Assembly: GCA_048882505.1 (NCBI GenBank) | Contig: JBHLRO010000052.1 | Span: 1 to 7,675 of the forward strand | Length of the DNA stretch: 7,675 nucleotides | Origin: Candidatus Thorarchaeota archaeon | GTDB taxonomy: Archaea > Asgardarchaeota > Heimdallarchaeia > Hodarchaeales > Hodarchaeaceae | Direction: 5' to 3' | Part shown: positions 1 to 7,079 of the stretch, one piece after another | Layout of the letters: the number at the start of each line of letters is the position of its first letter | How positions within the stretch are numbered: position 1 is the stretch's first letter | Translations under genes and position numbers: made by a program | The notes under the pieces: model-generated | What the model saw: only the letters and a program-made list of their open reading frames with translations | Told to the model about the DNA's origin: nothing | Databases searched by the model: none

Positions 1-327
1 ACCGTCATTTTCACGGTGGTTTGCGTGGTTATAAGTTACAATAACTATCCAATCCCTGAAGGCGATCTTTATGAAATTGAAAAAGCATTTGTATCCCTTG
101 AGGATGATATTTTGGATTTTAATTCGAGCATAGGCGAGGCAAAACCCACAACGGAGCTAACGCTGATCACTGGTGATTTCAACCTTGCACCACTTGAAGC
201 GGCCAGGGTAAAGTTTCACACCTCATTTGACCTCAACGGGCTAGTCACAGTGTATATCGGAGTGATCGCAAATGGTCCAACTGGTGTTCAGAGATGGGAT
301 AAGTACACGACCATAGAATCTCATTAA
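1..327 (+). CDS. 5'-truncated hypothetical protein, probably membrane-anchored
   Basis: Frame 1 is open from base 1 (TVIFTVVCVVISY..., hydrophobic) to TAA at 325-327. The track start at 16 is probably internal. No family recognised. Confidence 0.6.
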   Translation, partial: TVIFTVVCVVISYNNYPIPEGDLYEIEKAFVSLEDDILDFNSSIGEAKPTTELTLITGDFNLAPLEAARVKFHTSFDLNGLVTVYIGVIANGPTGVQRWDKYTTIESH

Positions 328-432
328 ATCAGCGAACCTGGGCTTCAGGCATATATAATCACTATGGAGCCGAGATCAAAGGTGAAAAGGACTTAGGTAT
401 TTTTGGATCCATTTTATCCATACAGCGCTTGA

Positions 433-465
433 AAACGAGTAGCCCAATCGTCAGATAGGATTAGG
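433..465 (+). repeat. Directional intergenic repeat, copy A (core CCAATCGTCAGA at 444-455)
   Basis: Ungapped match of 28/33 nt to copy D (7409-7441). Confidence 0.85.
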
Positions 466-521
466 TTAGGAAGGAAATTAGAATCTAAGGATGTTTTGTG
501 TGGTGGATTCGACAGTATCGT

Positions 522-529
522 TTTATAAA
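522..529 (+). promoter_or_regulatory. Putative archaeal TATA box for the 560..1870 gene
   Basis: TTTATAAA ends 30 nt upstream of ATG 560, the spacing expected for a short-leader archaeal transcript. No clear BRE. Confidence 0.45.
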
Positions 530-559
530 GACTCTGGCAATGGGATCTAATGAGGCCCA

Positions 560-1870
560 ATGTTATTCAAAAAAACTCATAGAAGGAACTACAAAAGGAT
601 TTTCAACTTTTTATTGGAACTCACACTCCTTTTGAATGTTATGATTCCTTTCCATTATGTCGCAGCCCCGATTAATGACGGGAACTCGGAAATCCAGCTG
701 GAGGCAGGAATTGATGAGGGGTTTTTGAATATTACAAGTCAAACCGCGTACAGATACGTTTGGATTAATGTCAAAGGGACTCAGATTTTATTTTTAGCGA
801 TGATTGCGTTTGACGGGCCTTCCCCTGTTCAGGTATTGATCACCGAACATTATTATTCTCAAAACAACAGTATCGAGATTTTCATGGGGAATCAGCTCAA
901 TTATATCGAATTATACCACGATAATGTCACTAAAGATGGGATTCCTACCGGTAATTATTCCAGTAGTGGTAGGCATGACGAAATATCACATTATTTGATT
1001 TTCAACGCTTCCCGATCAATTCAAATCTTTGATGTACAAAAAACCGAGAGTGCTAACGGGTTTACCTATGCGTGGGGTCTTCGTTACACCGATCTTCACG
1101 CGTTACTAGTAAAATCAGCATCCCAACCGATTCAAGAGATTTTCGACATAAATGTCTCATATGTCCAGTTTGATTACAAGTACGAGATCGATTTAAATCA
1201 GAATCAGACCATTTTAAAGTCGTCGTTTCAATTGGGTACTTTTCAAGGGCCTGATGGTTTGTTTTTCGACAACACCAGTCTTTCGCTGCTTTATTCATCA
1301 TTTAGTCATGTTTCAAATGTGTCTTCGGTTTACATTAATGGGAGTAGGTTATTCACATCCCAGAATACGAACCAATCATTTGTGATGGAGGACGTAGCCC
1401 AAGAAGTAAATCAGCAAGAAGTTTGGATTAATCGATTTAAAAGCAATTACACAGTTATTAAGCCGAATCTCACGAAAAGTTATCCCACGGTGACGGCATC
1501 TGCACCCATGGCCACTATTGATCTCAATATGCGCAGCTCGGGGTATTTAGGTGTTATGCAGCTATCGGATTACTTAGCTTCCCTTTTTCCCCCCTTGTTT
1601 ACAGAATTAAAATCGATTGCCTTGGACGAAATTTTTTCTCTCGAAAAGAGCCTAGTTCGCTATAGAATCTGTTACCCCGAATGGGGTGGTCATGAACTTA
1701 CCCATGATCCTTGGTTAATTGCACAGATTACGCCCAAGGACGCATTATTGCCGAGACCACCTAGTGATAACCTTCAAATAGCCATCATAGGTCTTTTTAT
1801 TATGGGTTTGATTTCCCTAAGTGTTGCAATCGTAAGATGGAAGGATTTAATAGAAAAACAAAGGTTTTAA
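560..1870 (+). CDS. Cell-surface glycoprotein with N-terminal signal/anchor and C-terminal TM anchor
   Basis: 436 aa. Basic N-terminus followed by a hydrophobic segment, a beta-rich body, 13 N-X-S/T sequons counted by hand, and a C-terminal TM (IAIIGLFIMGLISLSVAIV) followed by RWK. Confidence 0.8.
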   Translation: MLFKKTHRRNYKRIFNFLLELTLLLNVMIPFHYVAAPINDGNSEIQLEAGIDEGFLNITSQTAYRYVWINVKGTQILFLAMIAFDGPSPVQVLITEHYYSQNNSIEIFMGNQLNYIELYHDNVTKDGIPTGNYSSSGRHDEISHYLIFNASRSIQIFDVQKTESANGFTYAWGLRYTDLHALLVKSASQPIQEIFDINVSYVQFDYKYEIDLNQNQTILKSSFQLGTFQGPDGLFFDNTSLSLLYSSFSHVSNVSSVYINGSRLFTSQNTNQSFVMEDVAQEVNQQEVWINRFKSNYTVIKPNLTKSYPTVTASAPMATIDLNMRSSGYLGVMQLSDYLASLFPPLFTELKSIALDEIFSLEKSLVRYRICYPEWGGHELTHDPWLIAQITPKDALLPRPPSDNLQIAIIGLFIMGLISLSVAIVRWKDLIEKQRF

Positions 1871-1949
1871 GCATGATAAAAATTCCATTTACTGAATCGA
1901 TATCCAGTTGGAACAAAGAAAGCACTGCTTAAGTTGAAACTAGGTCGGT

Positions 1950-3611
1950 TTGTGTCACCCCTTGGAAAACGTGGATCGTTCTTCTTACTCGGGTCAAACT
2001 TCTGACCAACAGCTGGATCTACACGGATCAACTCTCCAAGTCTATTGGTACATATTAACCCAGCGAAAAGCTGCCTTTTTTTATCAAGATATTCAAAAAG
2101 TTATGGGATTTTCCAGTAAAAGCTCCGCCATTTATCAATTAGAGAAGCTATGTGAACTTGAGGTTCTTCAAAAAACAGGAAATGGATATGTAATCGTGTC
2201 CAGGCCCAAACCGCGGGCTCTTCAGTCATATTTCTTTATAAATTTTATACTAATACCCAAAGCTTTCATATATGGTGTTATGCTTTCAATAATCAATTTT
2301 TCAGTTTTTCTGCTGTCCCTAAATGGTTTAGATTTTCTTACTATTCTTTTGGCCAGTATTCCAAATATGGGGGCCATAATGCTGTTTTTTAGTGAAGCGA
2401 TACTTGTTTGGAAGAATCGGCCTAAACCACCTCACACAAAAAGCATATTACAGAGTCTTAGTATGAATTTTAAAAAAAGGAATAACAGCTCTAGATCAGC
2501 AAAAAAAAATCAAGTAAAAAAATCGAGCATGACCAAAACCACGACATTCACCCGATTTCTATCACAGAGAATCCCGATATCACGAACCACAAAGCGATTT
2601 CTTCTTGCTATGGTGATAATCCTTTTCCTAACTGGCCAAATTGTCCTGATTGGAACTTTGACAGGTTTTTTTGAGGGAAGATTTACAGCCCGAATAACCA
2701 CAAATACCCAAATTGAATTCCCTGACCCCTTGCCTATTCAATTACGCCCGACTGGATATGACATACAAGGATCGTCTTTATACGCCCTCGGACACTTTAC
2801 AAATGGAACAACTGGAAGATTTTTATTTCATTTTGAGTTTAATAGTGATTTAACTACTTTGGAGGCTTTTTACAGCTATAAATTCCCCTCTCACCTTCCA
2901 ATTATGGGGATCGGTCTTGCTTTTTACAATGCTTCCTATTGGGCGCTGGCAGAGGTGGAAAATCAAACCATGCCTCAACCACTCTATTGTTTCACAAAGG
3001 ACATGTCTTCCATTCAGAATTATTCCCTTGGGGTTCCCCCGATAGTACATAATATGAATTTAAGGTTCAGTAGAAGAGATATTGTGATTTGGAATGGTTC
3101 GCTGTGGATCTTAGAGTGGTGGTTAAAACCTGGCGATGACCGATTCCGTAGTAATGTAAGCATTTACTCGATGAAAAATTTTGCACGCGTGAAAACGTTT
3201 TTTGTCCCGATTAAGGCGGAGGAATTTTCCTTTGATTCCCAGGGACAGCTGTGGCTCTGTGAATTTGATCATTATCCGGAGACTTACGCTGCTTTCATGG
3301 CTATAGCGCCTGATGACGGCACCATATTGCGCTCGATTCGACCTCTTACATTCCCTTCTTTTTTTCCATTAAATCATGATAGAGATTCCTTTTTTTCTTA
3401 TTATCCCATTCTATTTAATGATTCTTTTTTGGTACCAATTGCAGACGACCTTATAACCGAGTTATGGGGTTTTCAAATCATTTCTTATGAATTGGACCCC
3501 TCATCAAGGATTACTGATTTCTTGGGGCTGCTTCTTATCACCGTTGGTCTTGAGGGAGGGGGACTTACCTTCTTATGGTATGTTTCTTCGAAACGAAAAA
3601 GATTGAAATGA
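1950..3611 (+). CDS. Membrane-bound winged-helix transcription regulator fused to a large extracellular, probably beta-propeller-like domain
   Basis: 553 aa from TTG; the true start may be a few codons later. N-terminal wHTH-like segment (LHGSTLQVYWYIL...DIQKVMGFSSKSSAIYQLEKLCELEVLQKTGNGYVI), two TM helices, a K/R-rich linker, a third TM, a repeat-like beta-rich domain with NGT/NAS/NQT/NYS/NGS/NVS/NDS sequons, a C-terminal TM and a basic tail. Confidence 0.75.
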   Translation: MCHPLENVDRSSYSGQTSDQQLDLHGSTLQVYWYILTQRKAAFFYQDIQKVMGFSSKSSAIYQLEKLCELEVLQKTGNGYVIVSRPKPRALQSYFFINFILIPKAFIYGVMLSIINFSVFLLSLNGLDFLTILLASIPNMGAIMLFFSEAILVWKNRPKPPHTKSILQSLSMNFKKRNNSSRSAKKNQVKKSSMTKTTTFTRFLSQRIPISRTTKRFLLAMVIILFLTGQIVLIGTLTGFFEGRFTARITTNTQIEFPDPLPIQLRPTGYDIQGSSLYALGHFTNGTTGRFLFHFEFNSDLTTLEAFYSYKFPSHLPIMGIGLAFYNASYWALAEVENQTMPQPLYCFTKDMSSIQNYSLGVPPIVHNMNLRFSRRDIVIWNGSLWILEWWLKPGDDRFRSNVSIYSMKNFARVKTFFVPIKAEEFSFDSQGQLWLCEFDHYPETYAAFMAIAPDDGTILRSIRPLTFPSFFPLNHDRDSFFSYYPILFNDSFLVPIADDLITELWGFQIISYELDPSSRITDFLGLLLITVGLEGGGLTFLWYVSSKRKRLK

Positions 3612-3689
3612 ATTTGCGTTAATCAGCATTCTTTTCGGATTTTTAATGTTCTGGACGCTTCATCAATTCAACAAGCCCGTTTTCCTCTC

Positions 3690-3917
3690 CATTATCAATT
3701 GAAAGGATATCTTTTGCGTTAGAACGAGGTAGGTGGAATTGGATTCATCTTGATGCAAAAAACGGTATATGTGTAATTTTGGGGGCTGATCACGCAACCT
3801 GCGTATCGGGAGCGAATGCGCAGGAAACTCGAACTCTATCAGCAGTTCCAGATTAATCTGGTCTCACTCTATCACGGCGATTTAGACAAGATGGACAAGA
3901 TTTTCCAAACAAGGTAG
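3690..3917 (+). pseudogene. Degraded PD-(D/E)XK/Vsr-like nuclease-domain gene fragment
   Basis: One frame reads FILMQKTVYV*FWGLITQPAYRERMRRKLELYQQFQINLVSLYHGDLDKMDKIFQTR*. This resembles the D-F-x-L...Y(I/V)E(F/Y)WG...Y..R...K..LY motif, with TAA (3774-3776) in place of the Glu codon. The preceding 'ELD' needs a 1-nt frameshift near 3745. The 5' boundary is uncertain. Confidence 0.55.
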
Positions 3918-4188
3918 AACCGGTAAATAGAAAGGAACTATCCTTCCGTGAAATATAAGAGGATAAAAGAAGAGTTGTGGAAAATCAGAGGGCTACAAGA
4001 TAAACGGAGCGGGGTGGTGCCCGTTAAGAGGTTTTGGCTTGCCTAGAAAAGTTATCTACGGGTCGGTACACGTGTTCTCTCTACTTTTTGGGTTACAAAC
4101 TCATTCAACGAGAACAGACTTTTAAATCGTATCTTTCAGGAGACTGTCAATTTGCCACGATTGATGGAATGAGTGAGATGAGGGATTA

Positions 4189-4923
4189 ATGGTTAGCTTT
4201 GATGTGGATATATATTCGGAAGAAGCGACAATCGTCTTCTGGGGATTTATCGGTGTTGGCCTAGTTCTTTTTTTTCTCGGTGTTTTCGCTCCAATCCTCT
4301 TGTTCATTGGTCTTCCTCTATTGCTAAGCGGGTTATGGAATCTGCTGCGGTTGGAATCGGAAAGAAGCAAGATCGTCAATAAATATGCGCTCCAAGCACC
4401 TGGACAGAAAAAGGCGAAAACGCCGAGGTTTACACGAGACTTACAGAAAGGACTGAAAGAATACGAAGAGGAAAACTATGCTACGGCAGCAAGGATCCTC
4501 ACACGGGTTATCGAAAATCCAAACACACCAATGAAACACAAAATGATTGCAAATTCGTTGGTGGCCCGCTGTCTGGCCCAAAGAGAGAAGTGGGCGGCTG
4601 CCCGCCTAGCCTCTGATGATTTTTTTAAAACCGCTCTCCTTCTCGGCATAAATCCGCCATATTTGGACTATATAGCGAGGGTTACTATTTATCTGAACCT
4701 TGGAATAGTTAAAGAAGCCTATTCTACGTTGCAGATCGCGATCAATTACCATGGAGCCAAAAGGGAATTACGTAGATTACAGCAAATCCTGATACCGTTA
4801 ATATCGGATGCAGCTGGAGACTTACCGATGGTTTGTCCTAAATGTGGAACGCAATATGAAAAGGGGAAGGTACCTACGTTCTGTTTTGTATGCAATCAAC
4901 TATTTCTGCAGGAACAAATGTGA
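4189..4923 (+). CDS. Membrane protein with 2 TM helices, TPR-like helical repeats and a C-terminal zinc ribbon
   Basis: 244 aa. Hydrophobic hairpin at the N-terminus, TPR-like helices (GLKEYEEENYATAARIL; YLNLGIVKEAYSTLQIAI) and CPKCG...CFVC at the C-terminus. Confidence 0.8.
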   Translation: MVSFDVDIYSEEATIVFWGFIGVGLVLFFLGVFAPILLFIGLPLLLSGLWNLLRLESERSKIVNKYALQAPGQKKAKTPRFTRDLQKGLKEYEEENYATAARILTRVIENPNTPMKHKMIANSLVARCLAQREKWAAARLASDDFFKTALLLGINPPYLDYIARVTIYLNLGIVKEAYSTLQIAINYHGAKRELRRLQQILIPLISDAAGDLPMVCPKCGTQYEKGKVPTFCFVCNQLFLQEQM

Positions 4924-4991
4924 TTGGGCGTTTACGAAGTATGGATTAATGTGCCGAGAGGTATTATAAGGGAGTTACCCCAACTCACATA

Positions 4992-5026
4992 GAAACGAGC
5001 GATCCAAAGGTCAGGTGGTATGAGGA
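4992..5026 (+). repeat. Directional intergenic repeat, degenerate copy E
   Basis: GAAACGAGCGATCCAAAGGTCAGGTGGTATGAGGA aligns ungapped at 26/35 with copy D (7408-7442) and sits at the equivalent position before the duplicated gene. Confidence 0.7.
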
Positions 5027-5049
5027 GAATAAAAAGCAATCGAAGGTGT

Positions 5050-5256
5050 GTGGGAAAAGGGAGCGATCTGGTGTCTGGTACCGCTGATCTGATTGAGGGT
5101 AAGAGTGAAGTAAGGTGGGATTAAATTGGCTGTTCAAAAAGAAAATTTGAGGAGGTGGGATTTCAAAGCCATCCTGGGGGTAGGCCTGACTATGGGAGCA
5201 TTTGTGATCCTTGTACTCCCAACACAGGGAGTGGGCAGGTTCGACCTGTTAGGATT
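5050..5256 (+). repeat. Long direct repeat, copy 1 (leader plus 5' part of the zinc-finger gene)
   Basis: 207 bp ungapped alignment to 7469-7675 (offset 2419) with 13 mismatches, about 94% identity. Confidence 0.95.
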
Positions 5257-5464
5257 TCTCATTCGTGCCGGAATCGGCTTGGTTACGCTGATCCTAGGGA
5301 ACTATTTACTCATCACACATGCGCCCTTCCTGCGTGTGGAACAAGGATGGTGGAAACCAGCAGAAATCTGGATCTGTCGGAAATGTGGATTTGGGAACAA
5401 AAGAACCAGAACCCATTGTGTCAAGTGTGGCGTGGAATTTCAAGCTGTCAATCGTAAGAGGTAA
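5126..5464 (+). CDS. Small 2-TM membrane protein with a C-terminal RanBP2-type zinc finger
   Basis: TTG start preceded by SD-like AAGGTGG. Two hydrophobic segments. WICRKCGFGNKRTRTHCVKC exactly matches W-x-C-x2-C-x3-N-x6-C-x2-C. Four of 7 coding differences versus the second copy are synonymous in this frame. Confidence 0.85.
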   Translation: MAVQKENLRRWDFKAILGVGLTMGAFVILVLPTQGVGRFDLLGFLIRAGIGLVTLILGNYLLITHAPFLRVEQGWWKPAEIWICRKCGFGNKRTRTHCVKCGVEFQAVNRKR

Positions 5465-5478
5465 TAAAGATAAAACAG

Positions 5479-5520
5479 CCGTGTCGAGAGGAGCAATCCA
5501 ATCGTCAGATAGTGTTAGGA
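5479..5520 (+). repeat. Directional intergenic repeat, copy B (core at 5498-5509)
   Basis: 29/30 identical to 7413-7442, and 37/42 identical over 5479-5520 versus 7401-7442. Confidence 0.9.
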
Positions 5521-5632
5521 GGTAAAAAAAGAATAGCAAAGGATGGATAGAGCGGAAAGAAGAAGATAAAAACCAAAACTTTTGTTATAATTGTGAAGCA
5601 AACGGGGAATTTAAGGAGGAAAGTGACAGAAT

Positions 5633-6121
5633 ATGCACACAATCAGCGAACCTGTTTTTAAAAAAGAAAAAGAACTCGAAAAAACAATCGGCAAAGCAAT
5701 CACATTCATCTTATCCCAAAACGCAAATATTGTTGACTTTTTTGCTTTTCATGGAAGATTCGATTTGTGCGTGCTCATTCATAATAACAGAAAAGTTACA
5801 TATACCAGATTTATCGAAGTTAAGCATTTTTCAAGGGCAAATTCGCGAATAGGGCTAAATGGTGCTCAAGTAGATTTACTCATTCACAATTCCGAAGATC
5901 TACTGTGGTTAAATAAGCATATCACATGGATTTTTGGAGACAGTACCAAAGCTAAAGGAAGTAACCGCTTTCAAATGCTGAATAACGTCCAGGCAAAAGG
6001 TTGTGTGTATAATAAAGTCAGGAGAGGAAAACAGAATAATTTTTCTTTAAAAAAAGTTATGGAGGCTCCTTTATTTTGGAATGAGCTCCTGAAAGAATTG
6101 AACAGATTCCTTGTCGAATAG
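5633..6121 (+). CDS. Stand-alone PD-(D/E)XK superfamily nuclease-like protein
   Basis: 162 aa with an N-terminal helix Glu (EKELEK), strand Asp (RFDLCV) and E-x-K (FIEVK) in canonical order. AGGAGG lies upstream at 5614-5619. Confidence 0.65.
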   Translation: MHTISEPVFKKEKELEKTIGKAITFILSQNANIVDFFAFHGRFDLCVLIHNNRKVTYTRFIEVKHFSRANSRIGLNGAQVDLLIHNSEDLLWLNKHITWIFGDSTKAKGSNRFQMLNNVQAKGCVYNKVRRGKQNNFSLKKVMEAPLFWNELLKELNRFLVE

Positions 6122-6122
6122 G

Positions 6123-6129
6123 TTTTTTT
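6123..6129 (+). terminator. Putative archaeal oligo(T) terminator
   Basis: T7 tract 2 nt after the nuclease stop codon. Confidence 0.4.
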
Positions 6130-6332
6130 CCATAAAGTATCTTGATAATCCTTAGCTATTATCTTCGAATCTTCCCCGATATAGGATTTCTTACGATCGA
6201 TTATCAGTATACGTAACTATTGCTGTGAGAAGATAGGGCAATAAACGACAACTGCACCTTCTTTTTTATGATATTTCCTATAATTTCATGATTTTACAAA
6301 ATAATTTAAGAAAACCATGCGAGTACCTTTAT

Positions 6333-6347
6333 AGTCCAATCGTCAGA
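6333..6347 (+). repeat. Directional intergenic repeat, short copy C
   Basis: AGTCCAATCGTCAGA is 15/15 identical to 7417-7431. The flanks diverge on both sides. Confidence 0.8.
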
Positions 6348-6405
6348 ATGATACTGAATCGACCCTATCAATACACATAAATACATGGATAGTATAACAG
6401 CAACC

Positions 6406-6630
6406 ATGGCACATAAAACGATCACCATTTCTGAAGAGGCTTATAATCTCTTAAAAGCGAATAAAAGGGAAAATGAATCCTTTACCGAAGTTATTAAGAG
6501 AATTCTAACTCAGAAAAGGAAAAAAGAAGAGTTAATTGAATGGCTATCGAGTAAAGAAGATTTATCAGACCTAGCTGATTCCGTGGAATCAGTATTTGAT
6601 GAAAGAAAGGAGATAAATCTCAGAATTTAG
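6406..6630 (+). CDS. vapB: VapB-type antitoxin (DUF217/PF02697-like archaeal family)
   Basis: MAHKTITISEEAYNLLKANKRENESFTEVIKRIL fits the KTITIS.EAY..L...K...ESFS.VI.RL family pattern and lies directly upstream of a PIN gene. ATG 6406 is preferred over the track start at 6385. Confidence 0.85.
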   Translation: MAHKTITISEEAYNLLKANKRENESFTEVIKRILTQKRKKEELIEWLSSKEDLSDLADSVESVFDERKEINLRI

Positions 6631-6646
6631 ATTTCAGGTGGCAGCT

Positions 6647-7033
6647 ATGATTTTTGATACGGATTACCTCATAGAAATTCTAAGAAATGACAAGGAAACA
6701 ATGAAACATCTAAAAGGGTTACTCAAACAGCCTAATGAATTATTTATAACACACGTAACGCTCTGGGAGTTATATCAAGGTGTGTATAAATCTTCAAGAA
6801 TAGAATATAATCTAAGGCAAACAGAAGAACTCATACAATTTTTCACAATAATCCCATTTAATCAAGCAATTGCTAGAAGATTTGGCTTTTTGATGAATGA
6901 GCTTAGAAACAAAGGAACTCCAATCGGTGTCATGGATACGTTAATAGCAAGCATTGCATTGGAGGAAGATCTCCCTCTAGTCACGAAAAATCGGTCCCAC
7001 TTCGAGAAAGCGGGTATTAGAATAGCTGAGTAA
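6647..7033 (+). CDS. vapC: VapC PIN-domain ribonuclease toxin
   Basis: PIN acidic motifs IFDTD, TLWEL, MDTLIA and LVTKNRSHF. SD-like AGGTG at 6636-6640 favours ATG 6647 over GTG 6638. Confidence 0.92.
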   Translation: MIFDTDYLIEILRNDKETMKHLKGLLKQPNELFITHVTLWELYQGVYKSSRIEYNLRQTEELIQFFTIIPFNQAIARRFGFLMNELRNKGTPIGVMDTLIASIALEEDLPLVTKNRSHFEKAGIRIAE

Positions 7034-7079
7034 AATATCAAATCGCAGTCGGTTTAATGTTTCTTAAGTCAAGAAAGAC

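Noticed and set aside
461-471. TTAGG-TTAGG telomere-like tandem
   Set aside because: There are only two units, best explained as a local duplication of the end of repeat copy A.
3588-3611. C-terminal KRKRLK as a eukaryote-like ER-retrieval (KKxx) or nuclear localisation signal
   Set aside because: The residue at -3 is Arg, so it does not match KKxx or KxKxx. It is adequately explained by the positive-inside rule.
1062-4379. Minus-strand ORFs 1062..1301, 2510..2701, 2850..3050 and 4122..4379
   Set aside because: They are antisense shadows of longer, well-supported + strand genes and have no recognisable motifs.
5465-5520. Classical integron attC site (GTTAGGA resembles GTTRRRY)
   Set aside because: There is no complementary RYYYAAC upstream and no extended inverted repeat able to form the attC hairpin. 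No integrase is in the window.
5155-5539. Alternative ORFs 5155..5457 (+), 5319..5525 (+) and 5306..5539 (-)
   Set aside because: They overlap the 5126..5464 frame, which is supported by the zinc-finger consensus and the synonymous bias between the duplicate copies.
327-5654. Exact 14-mer AATCAGCGAACCTG at 327-340 and 5641-5654
   Set aside because: It is a single pair with no flanking similarity, and one copy is inside a CDS. A 14-mer match in 7.7 kb is plausible by chance.
6130-6310. Possible minus-strand gene remnant (EGAVVVYCPIFSQQ*LRILIIDRKKSYIGEDSK...)
   Set aside because: It has an internal stop and no recognisable family, and the AT-rich spacer could give this by chance.
1890-6362. 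11-mer TACTGAATCGA at 1890-1900 and 6352-6362
   Set aside because: It is too short to distinguish from chance, although both copies are intergenic.
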